Origin: the human T2T-CHM13v2.0 reference genome, Homo sapiens
Direction: 5' to 3' (one strand)
DNA length: 64,000 nt
Assembly: GCF_009914755.1 (NCBI RefSeq)
Contig: NC_060926.1
Positions 16,961 through 29,999 of this stretch are shown piece by piece. Position 1 is the first letter of the stretch. Each line of letters begins with the position of its first letter. Below the pieces are notes generated by a model. It was not told the DNA's origin, made no database searches, and worked only from the letters and a program-made list of their open reading frames with translations. A program made the translations under genes and the position numbers.

Positions 16961-17073
16961 AGAAAGTAGTTGTTTAAGCATTTCATATCGTAGTATTTTA
17001 TTACTGATCTGAAGGAATCATACTTCAGCACAAATCCATATAGAATGACAAAATAGAAGTCGTTTAGTATTTT

Positions 17074-17186
17074 CTAATGCAGATGATGGGTTGATGGGTG
17101 CACCATGAAATGTGTATACTTACGTAACAAACCTGCACGTTCTGAACGTGTATCCCAGAACTTAAAGTATAATAATAATAATAATA
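17074..17186 (+). mobile_element. Short L1PA (about PA7-8) 3' end with (AAT)n tail
   Basis: CTAATGCAGATGATGGGTTGATGGGTGC...GTATCCCAGAACTTAAAGTATAATAAT; degenerate TSD at 17057-17073 and 17187-17203. Confidence 0.88.
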
Positions 17187-17449
17187 AAATCATTTCGTAT
17201 TTTAAGGAGATATTCTTGCTGACAATAGTTATCTTGTTCCTCTCTCTGTAAGTTTTAGTTAAAGCTCCTTTTTAAATATCAGATAAGCATTTCCCATGGA
17301 TCCTGTTGGTACCTCAGCCTTACACTTTAGGTGTATATTTTCTCAGATTCTCTCTTATTTGTTAATCAAGAGGTTTCCAGGGACTTTTGTAATGAATCTT
17401 TACATAATGACACTCTCAAATGTGAACTGAGGAGTAAGTTATAAATTCT

Positions 17450-17562
17450 TCTTTTAAAATTTTTTGAGTATTTAAACATTTTGTGGGTACATAGTAGGTG
17501 TATATATTTATGGACTACATGAGATATTTTGATAAAGGCATGCAATGTGAAATAAGCACATC
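17450..17562 (-). mobile_element. L1MA 3'-end fragment
   Basis: TTTTGTGGGTACATAGTAGGTGTATATATTTATGG..TACATGAGATATTTTGATA; flanked by ATAAATTCT on both sides. Confidence 0.8.
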
Positions 17563-18146
17563 ATAAATTCTGATCACCCCAAAATAACGTCACATTAAGC
17601 AGCTTATTTTTCCATGTTTTCTGATTATTCTTTATTCTCTGCAGGTTTTGTCAACTAAGAACAGTCCAGCTGAAAACTAAAACTTTGCTCATGCTGCATA
17701 AAATTCTTTAGGATTTACATGGCTAGATTACTGAAGTGGTACTTGAAGAGCTTTTAATATTTTCCTGCTGTAAAACACATACAAAATCTATGTGCTTTTT
17801 TTGGCTACACTTCCCTGCTTCTGCAATTAATGCAACAAAGCATAGCCATAGTTGCTTGGTGGAAAGTGCTGCAGTTGCAGGAATCTGCAGATTTTCACCA
17901 TGTTTTGCAGTGCACTCAGGAAGTCTCGTTATGTCAAGATGAGAAATGGTACAAGCATTTGTAAGGCCACAGTCTTATGCAGAAATTAGGCTTAAATTTT
18001 AATTTTGTACTTATTTTGCTAGAAAAAATTTAATTTGGGTTTTTTATTTTTTAAAAACACTAGCAGCATCAACAACATCCCATCTTGCTTACAGTTCCTG
18101 CTATTCTCGAATACAGTGGCACCCCATTAATTTTAGTTCTTTAGTG

Positions 18147-18290
18147 CAGTGTTTCTCAAACTGTTGTCTTCAGACCACAGGCGTCAGAATCATCTGGACT
18201 TCACCACTCATCGATTGAATCAGAATTTTTGTAGGTTATAAAACACATTTTACACACTCCAAGGTGATTCTTAAGCCAATAGCTACAGAA
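18147..18290. mobile_element. MER5-family hAT MITE fragment
   Basis: CAGTGTTTCTCAAACT...GTCAGAATCATCTGG...TGAATCAGAAT...AGGTGATTCTTA. Confidence 0.65.
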
Positions 18291-18479
18291 TCCCTACCCC
18301 TGAGTAAGAAAAATATTATGTTTCAGGGCCACAGAAACAATGACCAATCTCATCAAAGCTATGCAAGTAATGTCTGAAAAACAAGACATTATATACAAGA
18401 ATATCCATCAGAGACAAAGAAAAGGCAATCAATGTCCTAAAAACTGGTAAATATTTTGCCTCCTGTATGAAAAATAATA

Positions 18480-18720
18480 TAGTAGAATCAAAAGTGACCT
18501 TAGATATCACACAGTCCAAACCTGGCATTATATGACTGAGGCAACTGATAGCAGCAGCTGTCGTTTATTGAACACTTACTGTGTGCAAGGCATTGTAGTA
18601 AGCACTTTAGAGAAAAATATTTGATTTAATCTCTGTTGCTCAAAGAGTTGAAGAGGATTTAAAGTTATTAAGTATGTTATCAGCAAAGATGGGGTCAGAC
18701 TCCAGATCTCAAAAAAATAG
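18480..18720 (-). mobile_element. MIR fragments
   Basis: GACCTTAGATATCACACAGTCCAAACC..TGAGGCAACTGA; TTTATTGAACACTTACTGTGTGCAAGGCATTG. Confidence 0.6.
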
Positions 18721-20387
18721 TTGCATTCTTATTTCACCTCATAGCTTCTTCCCAAAGATAGATGGATCCTAACCCATTATATGTGCCCCTTAAAATGGGT
18801 TGCAAGTACTTACATTACAAGTCAGTTTTACAAAATACTTGCCATCTATTTACTCGCTCATTTTCTAGTGAAAGAAGAAAGATATAGGATTCTGTAAAAT
18901 GTCATACTTTCACCTTATTCACAGTCCAACCACAAAGAACATTATATTGCATTAAAATAAAATGACCAGAAAACTCCAGATGTAAAGTTTTATGTGAAGA
19001 GTGCCAAGGATATTGGAATCCATTTCTTTCTCCATGATTTATGCTTAATTTTGTAATGAAATATTTACATCATGATCTCAAGCAGTAATTTAATTGTACA
19101 TTCAGTACCGTGTGGGATTCCGGAGCAGGCGATGTGCTTGCTCATTATCTCTAGTGATCTGTTTGTGTGTGGGCTGTGTACCTATGCTTCATCCCGTCAT
19201 TTGTCCAGCATCCTTGTATTTTCTATTTTCTACAAAACTTGTCACTTATTTAAGTTTGCATGAATGTGTAAGATCAAAAAGCTACGTCATTCCTTTATAT
19301 TCTCTTGTGGCAGACTCCAGACATGGAGATAAAGTAATTCTGTCTAGCTCCTCATCGCTTTCAGAAAATATGCCATATAAAAGGATTTTGGGAGAAGGAG
19401 AATGTACAATATTTTAAAAATATAACGTTTTTTGAAAAAAGAAAAGAATATGGGGATAAATCTCATTAAAAAATAAATTCCTTATACAAATACACATAGA
19501 TGACTTATTTTCATTTGATACATTTTTAAAATAAAAATTTAAATCTGGTTTATATGTTGGAATGTTGATTAATAGTCATTTTAGAAATGGTTATATTATT
19601 ATAGCTGAATAGTGTCCTCTGCTATTTCAGTAAGAAAGAAGAGACATATTCTCTACCATGTATTCACTCGATATATTGTTTGAACCAAAGTAAGTTTTAT
19701 TAAATTATGAACAGCTTTAGCGCTCATATCTGCTGTTTTTTTTCCTCTACCTATTTCCTCATTTTTTTCCGTAAATATTCTATGAATTTAAGGTGCTTGA
19801 CTGCTTTTAACAGCATCTAATCACTTGCCCACATTGCAACCATATATACTATTGTGAAGGTTCTGGCCAGAGTTGTATTTTTTAATAGTCATTGAAGCAA
19901 ACTATGAAATAAGAATCATTTAATGCAATTAATTTTATTATTATTACTAAACCTGTACAGAGAAGTAACACGAAAACCTAAATGAATATAACAAATATTT
20001 GTTGTGTTTTTCCTGGTGATTTAAAATTGATACAATTTGAAAAGGAGGAAGTTCAGCTTTCTCAGGTATCTGTTTAGTGCTCCAGGGCATTTCATTGAGA
20101 CAGTAATTTCTACTGTCCATTTTTCTTCTGAAACCATATTTTTCTATGTTGAATTATGATGTCCCCAAGAATCCTGGAAGAATGTAAGACAGGTATGCAC
20201 AAGGAAGATGACCTACCTGTACCTTCCTGCTTTCTGTTTCATCGCCATCACTGCCTTGTCATTGGGATCAAAATAATGAAATGAAAATGGCTCATTCATT
20301 CTGAGGATGGTTTCTGTTTCTTGTTTGTCATTGTTGTTTGTTTGTTTGGTTTTGGTTTTTAATTTAATGTCATGTATATTTTTCCCT

Positions 20388-21328
20388 ATTTAAATAGACT
20401 TTGTTTCTTAAAGCAGTTTTATGTTCACAGCAAAATTGAGCAGAAAGTGCAGGGTAACCTCTCTTCCCTGACTCTCCACATAGCCTCTCCCATTATCAAC
20501 ATCCCGCACAAGAGTTGATCATTTGTTAAAACTGATGAACCTAAGTTGCCACATTGCCAGTCAAAGCCCATAGTTTACATTAAGGTTCACTCTTGGTATT
20601 GTACATTCTATGAGTTTTAACAAATGTAAAACAACATAGCCACCATTATAGTGTCATATAGAATATTTTCACTGCCCTAAAAATCCTCTGTGCTTCATCT
20701 ATTCATCCATTCTTCAGTCTCAACCCCTGGCAGTTACTTATATTTTTACCGCATCCATAGTTTTGCTTTTTCCAGAATATCATATAATTGGAAACATACT
20801 GTATGTCTTCTCATGGCTTAACAGCTAATTTCTTTTGATATTGAATAATATTTAATTTTCTGGATGCATCATAGTTTTGTTTTTCATTCACCTACTGGAG
20901 AACATCTGGATTGCTTCCAAATTCTGGCCATTATGAATAAAGCTAAGATAAACATCTGTGTACAGTTTTTTTTGTTTGTTTTGTTTTTGTTTTTTTGTAA
21001 ACATATGCTCCTTGGTAAATGCCAAAGAACGTTAAAAGGAGCATGTTTTCTGGATCATATGGTCAGAGTATCTTTAGTTTTACAAAAAATGGGGCCAAAA
21101 TAGCTATGCCACTTAGCATTCCCATCAGCAAATAATGAGAGTTTCTGTTGCTTCATATTCTTGTCAGCATTTGTTGTCAGTGTTCTGGGTTTGGGTCATT
21201 CTAATAGCTGTGTAGTAGTATCTAACTGTTTTAGTTTGCATTTCCCTAATGACATACGACATGATGCATCTTTTCAGATGCTTCTTTACCATCTGTATAA
21301 CTTCTTTGGTGAGGTGTCTGTTCAGATG
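20388..21328 (-). mobile_element. L1MC-type 3' end
   Basis: AATAGACTTTGTTTCTTAAAGCAGTTTTATGTTCACAGCAAAATTGAGCAGAAAG...TTCTTTGGTGAGGTGTCTGTTCAGAT. Confidence 0.88.
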
Positions 21329-21666
21329 GCTTCAGTTTTTTCTTTCCTGTTCCCAGTGTTATCACCGTAGTTCAGGCCCTGAGCTTTTTCCATCTGGACA
21401 CTATGATCACATAAACATAATATTGTTTCTTTCTCATAATTATTATTAAAAATTATTATTATGGAAAAAGTATTAAAGGGAAGAAAATAAAATTCACCCA
21501 CAATCTCACCTACTATCCCATGTATCTCAGATTTTACCAGCTCATCACTACTAGTTATGTCACAATGCTTTTTATATCAAATTATTATAGCTCAGGCCTC
21601 ATTGTCCCATTTTTTGATATTAGCTACCATCTCACTTTCTTCTAGATATTTCTCCATGAAGTTGCC

Positions 21667-22025
21667 TGGTATGGCTTGGCTGTGCTCCCACCCAAATCTC
21701 ATCTTGAATTGTAGCTCCCACAATTCCCCTGTGTCATGGGAGGGATCAAGCAGGAGATAACTGAATCATGTGGGAGGTTTTCCCCATACTGTTCTCCTGG
21801 TAGTGAATAAGTCCCATGAGGTCTGGTCATTTTATAAGGAGCTCCCCTTTCATTTGGTTCATTCATCCTCTCTTGTCTGCTGCCATATAAAACATGCCTT
21901 TTGCCTTCCGCCATGATGGTGAGGCCTCCCCAGCCATGTGGAACTGTGAGTCCATTAAACCTCTTTTCTTTGTAAAATAAATCTTGGGTATGTCTTTATC
22001 AGCAGCATGAGAACAGACTAATACA
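21667..22025 (+). mobile_element. THE1 (MaLR) solo LTR
   Basis: TGGTATGGCTTGGCTGTG..CCCACCCAAATCTCATCTTGAATTGTAGCTCCC...GAGAACAGACTAATACA; TSD TTGCC/CTGCC. Confidence 0.95.
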
Positions 22026-22617
22026 CTGCCACCTTGCAGAGAAGTCTTCCATTCCCTTCTGATGCTGCTCTTGACCCCAGGCCTGTGTGAAGGAATTTTG
22101 CTGTCACCTGTGCTGTTTTTGGCAATGCCTTATTCCCCACTCCATATCCAAAGCATGGACACAAAAACTGAGACCAAATATTGTATATTTAAAGGGGCTT
22201 CCCTGGACGTCAGGAAATAATGTAAGGGAAATGGAATTCAAATAGTAACTGAGAGCTACTCTATTTCCTTCTATAAGCTAATTCCTTGAAAAGAGTCTCA
22301 GCTCTATCCCTCCCAAATTTCCTCTATTCCCTGCCATTAGAACCACTTACTACCCCTCTACAACTCAGAAAATGACCTATTACAGTGTTAAAGCACAGTA
22401 AGCTTTTATTTTGTTTTATGTGTCATGGGACAGGGTGGATTTTTTGTTTGTTTTTGTTTAAAGAAGGACCGTAATGGTGTGATATTAATCATATTTCTCT
22501 TCTAATAAGTCTATAATCCTATTTCTAGTGCTTTATCCAAGATACAGAATATATGAATATTTTCTAAACAATCAGATATAAAATAGTATTGACACTGTCT
22601 TGAAGAAGTTCATCTTA

Positions 22618-22836
22618 AGTTTTCATCCAAGGACAGATTTTGTGTTTATTCCTCTCTGTAATTCAATTGTTAACAAGACACCATGGAAGTAAAACCAAAT
22701 GAACCAGGCTTTCTGTACTCAATTGGTCTCCCTATAAAGATTCTTGTATTTTCTGGTGCATTCTAAATTAGACACTACACTCAAACTTTAGAGTTATGGA
22801 AAAATCAATTATTAATTAAAAGATATATGCAGAAAA
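22618..22836 (+). repeat. Dispersed direct repeat, copy 1 (about 220 bp)
   Basis: Aligns end to end with 23975-24194 at roughly 80-85% identity by manual count. Confidence 0.9.
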
Positions 22837-23974
22837 ACAGAAATCTAATTTTTTAGGTAAACTTTTTCTTCCAAAAATACAATTTTGTAATGACCTAAAT
22901 AGTACTACTTGAACTACCTAATTTACTTATGTGGGTATTGAGGGGATTCAAAATCAGTATAAAATACGAGTGCTTGGTTATTGAATGGGAGAACAATTAC
23001 TGTTTCTTTTTGCTGTTCAGAAGAAAATAAAAGGTGCCGTTCTGTCTGATCAAACACGTGAGTCACATAGGTAATGATACACTGAAGAAGTTTAAAAAAA
23101 CACAATTTTAAAAAGATTCCTAAAAGTGCCCTCTGAAGTTACATAAATGCCTATTTAGGAACTGAAACATCAAGATTAAATAGCAGCAAACTGTTTTATC
23201 CTAGTAGCAAACCAATCTTCATTGTTTGCTGCTTTCAGCGTTGTTTTTAACAAGTTGGTGTGTATATGTGCAAATGATCCAAGTGACCTAGTGAATTAAC
23301 AAGTGGTAACTCCTTGGATAAAAGTCCCCCCAAAAGACAGTATATTACATATACAAAGGGCAAGGCTGTGTTGTTCACCAGCCTCAGGTCTTTCTTTCCC
23401 TTCCCTCCTTAAAGAAGCATAACAAAATTGTCCACAATGCAATATGTTCGTGATGACTATATATTCAATTACTTCTGAAAAGCCTTTGTGTAAGCGGAAG
23501 CCTAATCATTTCATGAGTGTGGAGATTCACTAAGCAAAAATAAATTCACTCAAAGCATGCCGTGTTAAGAAAAAGGAAGCCAATTTAGCAAAACAACACA
23601 AGAAGGAAAGGCAGTAAGGAGAAAATAAAAAGAGGAGTGAAGATCAAGTGGATCGTTAGAACAGTTCCACTTCCTTTAAAAAGATGTCCTTCAAAAGTAC
23701 AAATGAATCTTCTTAAAAAAGAAAACAAGTAAGAGCTTTCTGCAAATGTTGAATCATATTATAGACGGGACTCCAACTGAGAATATATTTATACAGTTTA
23801 AGTGTATGTAATGACCTCATCTGCTAAAGGTGCTTTCATTTTTAAAACCCCTTCTGTCCCCTGGTGATACTGAGCTATCCTATACATTATTCAAAGCTTA
23901 GTAGAGGGATATTAATCACATTCTCTGCAATGTTTTGAATTAACAGGAAAATAAAATAAACTCTTTATGTAAAG

Positions 23975-24194
23975 AGTTTTCACCCAAGGACAAATTTTGT
24001 TTTTATTCCTTTCTATAATTCAATTGTTAACAAGACATCACTGAACTAAAACCAAATGAACCAGGTATTTTGTACTCAACTGATTTCCTTATGAAACTTC
24101 TTATGTTTTTATAGTTCATTAAAAATTACAAATTGTAGTCAAACTTTAGAGTTATTGAAAAATCAATCATTAATTAAAAGATATGCACAGAAAA
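23975..24194 (+). repeat. Dispersed direct repeat, copy 2 (about 220 bp)
   Basis: Shared exact blocks TAATTCAATTGTTAACAAGACA, TAAAACCAAATGAACCAGG, TCAAACTTTAGAGTTAT, ATTAATTAAAAGATAT. Confidence 0.9.
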
Positions 24195-24950
24195 TACTCA
24201 TACCCCCTGAAGGTTTAAGTAAAACAATGATACAGCCATTATTATAGTGACTACAAATATAGCGACTACAAAATAAACAAATATGGGTGAAGCCTGAAGG
24301 CTGGACCCTATTCTGACTCCCCAAATGCATGTCTGTGGCTTTTGTGACTGAAGACAAGGTAATGGCACAGTCTTAAGCCTCAGAGGACTGGTGTAGGGCC
24401 TCCTTGAGAGTGGAATTCAGGTCCCAGAGTAGTTTTCTCATCACTAGGCAGGTATTAGGTGAATAAGAAGGAGAAAATGCCTGTCTTAATAACTGAGAAA
24501 ATGTTTTCAGCCTACTCTGCTGAAGGAAATTGAGGGCAGTGAATTCTGGAGGGTTCGTAAAGAAATTCCACACCTTGAAAATAACTGAGAACAATGACAA
24601 TGACATTTTTTCTTAATATCTCTATTTCCAGCAAAGAGTTTTGATTATACGAAATCAATAAATATGTATTAATAGAATATGTGTGCTGTTGTTATCCATG
24701 GACCCTAAGCTGTGTTATAATTATTCAGCTAGGCACAGTTCATTCATGTGTTCTGCCATTGACTTGACGTTATTTTTTACTGCATTATCCTGCATCTCCT
24801 CCAAACTTCATCTCTTGTTTTCCCTTTTCTCCTTCTCATTTTTGATACCTCAATTAATCATGTAATTTAATCAATTTGATCCAAAATCTGTTATCAGTAA
24901 TTTATATTAGCTGAATAATTGACAGATTTTACTTTGGCAATAAATCTGTA

Positions 24951-25428
24951 TGTATGGAGAGACTGAATAAACAAATGGACAATGACCAGTTCAACATGAA
25001 AACAGAACTCTGACCAACAACCTCTAGAACAACCACTTTGGGAAATCAAACCACAACCTCTGCAGCGTGTGGCTCAGAATAGTCAGGACTTGATCAAAAA
25101 CTTCCAGCTTCCCTAATTTTTGCCCCAGCTTTCTGCTTCCAATTTAGTATGAACTAGAGAAAGCCAAAAATGCTCCCAAAACAATCTCAGAGGATGCTCC
25201 ACTCCTTTCAGCCTGCCTCTAGTTTCCCCATGCCAGCAACCTCCACTATGAGCATATCTGAAGCCTTCCATTAAAAACAAACGAAAACTCTAACCTTTTC
25301 ACACTTTCCTACTTGCCTGTATATCTCTCCCAAATGCAACTGATGGTGGCTGCCTTCCTTCTTATTGCAAGCTTTGCATAAATCGCCTCTGCTTGCCCTC
25401 ATTTAGGTGGTCTTCATTTACTTATACA
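24951..25428 (+). mobile_element. Solo LTR, probably ERV1 class (MER89-like; family uncertain)
   Basis: TG...CA ends; ACAGAACTCTGACC..CAACCTCT repeats; 3' part GCAAGCTTTGCATAAA..GCCTCTGCTTG..CTCATTTAGGTGGTCTTCATTTA. Confidence 0.6.
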
Positions 25429-25839
25429 ATATTATTTCTATTAGTATTTATATTGCAAACTTATTTCTTATTTACAAAATAATGCTTTGCTTCTGTTTAA
25501 AAAATAAGTCAAGTATGGACGAACAGTGAAGAGATAATCAGATTCTTGACAGATGCTTCAGCCAGGTGATACTGTAACTCTAATTTCTACAGACAATTTA
25601 CCAGGACTGACTGACACAGATCTTTTCAAACTTATGATGGTATTTGACAGCTGTCGGAGCTCGGTTTACTGAAAGGGCACTTTGCTAAATAGCTGCTTTT
25701 CATCTCCTGTCTATCTATCTATCATAAATAAAAGACATTTTCTTTTCCTGTTCCTCCCTCTGCTCCAAGACTTCAAAATGTACACCAATTTCTTTTAAGA
25801 ATTATTTTATCTCCTAATTAAGACAATATGTGAATTTTT

Positions 25840-25980
25840 ACTCCCTTTATATAACATTTTAGGATGTAGCCATGAGTGAAGAAATTGAAGCTTAGAGAAT
25901 GTAAGTGATTTAATCAATAGCTAGATTTGGTAAGTACCAGATGCTTGCTCTGATTTTAAAGGCCATTTTCTTTCCTCTGT
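25840..25980 (-). mobile_element. MIR fragment
   Basis: GAAGAAATTGAAGCTTAGAGAATGTAAGTGATTT. Confidence 0.55.
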
Positions 25981-26346
25981 CTCACTCTACTACTCATATA
26001 GCTACCCCTTCTTTTTTGTCTCTCATTTATATGTAATTATTGTTTCCTAGTGCCCACTCTTTGAAGGATACAGATTGAAGATGCTCAATATAGGTTTAAT
26101 GGATGACTAAAAGAGGTATCTTTGCCTTATTTTGTTCTTAGATTTAAAACACTTTAAGGACAGAAAGCATCTTCTTACTTTATAAAACCCTGAAACAATT
26201 CAGAGTCTATGCCCTGACTTTCTAATGTAATTTTCATTCTAGCAGTTTAACACAATGAAAGTCAAGATGTGGTGTTCATCATAAATCATATATAAAAGTA
26301 CACATTGCCAAAAACTACATATCCACAGTACAACTCAGTAAGACAT

Positions 26347-26531
26347 ACTAAGTCCTTACTTAATGTTATTGATAGATTCTTGGAAACTGTGACTTTAAGT
26401 AAATCAATGTGTAACAGCTCTTCAAATAACATCCTTAGTTGATGAGAAAAAATTTGGTTTCATTATATGTGTGTTGCTTAAAGTCATAATTTCCACATAC
26501 TTATCAATGATTTTAAATGAGGGCTTACTAT
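26347..26531. mobile_element. MER6B-like TcMar-Tigger MITE (long inverted arms)
   Basis: TAAGTCCTTACTTAATGTTATTGATAGATTCTTGGAAACTGTGACTTTAAG...CTTAAAGTCATAATTTCCA..CTTATCAATGATTTTAAATGAGGGCTTACT. Confidence 0.8.
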
Positions 26532-27724
26532 GCTTTGGTGACAGTGAAGTAACAGGGTAATTGCCTATATGCATTTTTGTTTATTCTTATTTTAGAATGA
26601 ATAAGAAAAATTTAGACATTATTATGTCATTGATTATTATTGGGACTCTCTATTCAAGAGGGTTCTTGAGGCAGTACAGCCTCAACATAAACTAGAAATA
26701 TGAGAGAATACTCTTCCTTGAGAAATTTAGAAAAGGGAAAACACACATCACTTATTTAACAGGTACAATATTTTAAATGTATAATACTTTAAAATGGAGG
26801 AGATAAGAGGGCATGTACGAGCAAAAAAATTGAAAGATAAACAAGCTCTAGAAAAAAATTGTGGCTGTGTTGGTAGGTTTTTGCCCACTGAGGATTTTGA
26901 AATAAAATTAAAATTGCAGAGTTGGTTATGTATTAGAGCACACAGAAGACCTTTACTTACTTACTTGCTCAAAATATGTAATGACCACCCACAGTTTTGT
27001 TAAATGTCAAGTGAAGTTGGTCCATAGATTGCCCTCATCAATACAAAGGCCTAGATTTAATAACAGTTTCCTTCTGCCCTGAGGACTCAGTAAAACTGAC
27101 AGACGTTTTACAAATAATTAGTTGTATGTTTGTCTCTAGTTCTAACGCAGGAGATGATGTACATAATAATATCAGCATTCTTGGTACCAGTTGGTCTAGA
27201 ATCTTTCTTAAGAAAAGAATGTGCATAAAATGACAATGCCAAACATTTCTAATAAGAGAATAAACTAGAAAACTCTTTATTTTAATCGATTCATTATGCC
27301 TTAGATAATCTGTAGAAGTGTTATTGATAGTTTAAAATTATAATAAGCTTGATTTTCTACAGATTATTATCCCATTACACATATATAGCTACCTTGTTTC
27401 ATTTTACCCTCCCCAAAATTCTATGAAATGTATACAAAAGCTTTTTTTTTTTTTTTTTTTTATAGATCACTGAAGTGAGGCTAAGAGAAATTCGGTATCT
27501 GGTCCAAGGTTACATAGCCAGTCAATGAAAGAGTCAGACTGGACCTTTTGGTTCTCCAAGGATCTTGCCCCTACCGCCTACTGAGTTAGATGTGGCCACT
27601 CTGAAATATTTGGTTCAGCATTAACTTAAATCTCATGTTTTAATATCCAAAATCAGGGAAGGGATTTAAACATATGGCATCATTATCACTAATAATTAAT
27701 ATAATTGTATTTATAATATACTAT

Positions 27725-27920
27725 ACCAATGTTTTGCAAACTTTTTTAAAGAAAAGAAACACTACCTGAGTATTTATTTCAAAATAAAAACACAAGTAGG
27801 TTTGCCAGGTTCAACCCAGACCTACTGAATGAAAATATTCAAAGGTGAGATTTGGTGATTTGTACTCTACTAATAACATCCCCCCAAGAGATTCTTATCT
27901 CTAGGACAACATGGGGATCA
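27725..27920. mobile_element. MER5-family hAT fragment
   Basis: CCCAGACCTACTGAAT....ATATTC...CCCCAAGAGATTCTTAT. Confidence 0.5.
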
Positions 27921-28689
27921 AAGGTTAAGATCAATTACAAAATAATCCAGTAGCTCAACTTAGTACATTTCTCAGTGTGGAATTATAAAATATGTTTTAA
28001 GATAATGTCATAGCAAGATATAATTTAAATAACAAAAGGCAAGAACTTTCACTCAATTGTAATCATGACTTGTTAGAGATACAAATATTTTGGGATTAGG
28101 ATGGTGAAGAAAGACAAAAGTTTATAGAGTGATAAAGTAAAATGTAATTATGATGCTTAAGAGGTAAAGTCAGAGTTTCATAGTTGTCTTAAAGTATTTT
28201 AAGTATTTTCCAGGGGAAGAGAGATAGAATTGTGCTCTTTAACTAATGATGGACACATATTATATGTTCATTAGACATTAGAGAGGAATGAACGAATGGC
28301 TGATTGAATTAATAGAACCAGTGAGCAGAAGGAAAATCAAATTTATAGAGAAATAAATTCTACCTCAACTCTTGGCCAGAGCTGTTCACAGAGGTTTGAG
28401 CATCAGCAAATTGGCTTGGCTGGATTGAAAAATCAGTTAATTTTTTTTTAATATCATTGAAAAAAGTGATGGTTCTTACCAAATTTATACATCTTGCAAC
28501 TAGTCTTCAAACAAAAGCTGGCCTTCAAACTAGTATTCTTACTTCTCATAAAAAGGTGAACCTAATTTTTAACATACAGATGCAATTTCAGGATGCAAGT
28601 GGTTCTGGACAGGAAAATGTCAAATATTTTACAATTAGCTATATATTTCCAAAGTTTTTAGCATGCAGAAAACAATATTCAAAATAATG

Positions 28690-28900
28690 CTAATAGTTAT
28701 GGCTTATTGTGTGTCTATTCTCATTTAGTAAGTATGCTGGGAGTTTCACGTGTCTCTACTACCAATAGCAAATCAGATTCTGGACGACCAAGAAATGTGG
28801 AGCTTAGAGAGTTTAGGTAGTTTGCCCACTGTCACACATATGTTAATTTGTGGTGCAGGGATTTAAAACTGTATCTGTCTTTTTTTATCATGTGTTTTTT
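28690..28900 (-). mobile_element. MIR SINE
   Basis: GAGCTTAGAGAGTTTAGGTAGTTTGCCCACTGTCACACA..GGTGCAGGGATTTAAA. Confidence 0.6.
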
Positions 28901-29649
28901 TACTTATATGACTTTTTTTCCCTGCAGAAAGTCTTCTACTGTTACTACTCTTGGATTCATTTAGTATCATGACTCAGTATTGACTAATCAACATCCTCTA
29001 ATAGGGAAATATTACACAATTTACAGCAGAATAATTATCAGTAGTTTCATTTGAGTAAAATGATATCTGAACATAGTAAATATTGAGCAAGTACTTTATT
29101 AGGGAAACACTTTACTAAAATGCCATTGTCATTCTTGGAAAATGCATACTGGCAGAAAGTCCTAAAATTCAATAGCAGACATTCTTTAAGAAGAGCTTTA
29201 TTTAGAGTAAGAATATGAACTCACAATGGAATCCATGCAAGAAAGAATCAGTGAAGCAGTAAGTTTGGTGTGATGGAGAGAGAGATTTGTAGATAGCTAA
29301 CACACTTTATAACAGCAACACTTTATCTGATAATCTATAAAATTATTGAAAAGGAAGAAAAGAAAGTATGCTAGTTATACAACATAGAAAATCCTACAGA
29401 AGTCAGGGGTCACTTAAGTATTTGCTTTTTATGATGTAGAAAAGATTTATTCACATATGAGCACTTCCACTCTCCTCTACCTGCAACTAAAGAGAATTTT
29501 CCTTTGGCAAGTAAATTGCTCTATCTTATCCTCTAATCTCTTTGAAAAGTTTGAACCCCTCTGTTCCTCCTGAATTGCACTCACCCTCCCAAATATATCT
29601 ATCCTGAATATTATCATTTTTTTTTTGCTTGCCATTTTACTTGGACTTC

Positions 29650-29995
29650 TGCTATGATCTTAATGTATCCCCACCAAAATTTAGGTGTTGCCAATGTGAT
29701 AGTATTGAGGCAGGGCCTGTAAGAGGTGATCAGGTCATGGAGGTGCATCCCTTGTGAATAGGATTAGGTGCTCTTATAAAAGGGCTTAACAGAGGGAGTT
29801 CTCTCCCATTTGCCCTTCTGCCTTTGGCCATATGAGGACAAAGTGTTCCTCCCGTCCAGATGATGCAACCCTCACCAGACTCCAAATACCAGTGCCTTGA
29901 TCTTGAACTTGCAGCCTCCAGAACATGAGAAATTCCTGTTCTTTATAAATGACCACTCTGTGGTGTTGTTATAGCACCACAAATAAACTAAAATA
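29650..29995 (+). mobile_element. MST-family (MSTC/D-like) MaLR solo LTR inserted in old L1
   Basis: TGCTATG..CTTAATGT..CCCC...GCCTTGATCTTGAACTT.CAGCCTCCAGAAC...TTATAGCA; TSD ACTTC/ACCTC. Confidence 0.88.
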
Positions 29996-29999
29996 ACCT

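Noticed and set aside
22618-24194. Direct repeats as LTRs of a mini-retrotransposon, or a CRISPR-like array
   Set aside because: Only two copies, with no TG...CA termini, PBS/PPT or TSD seen; kept only as an unexplained duplication.
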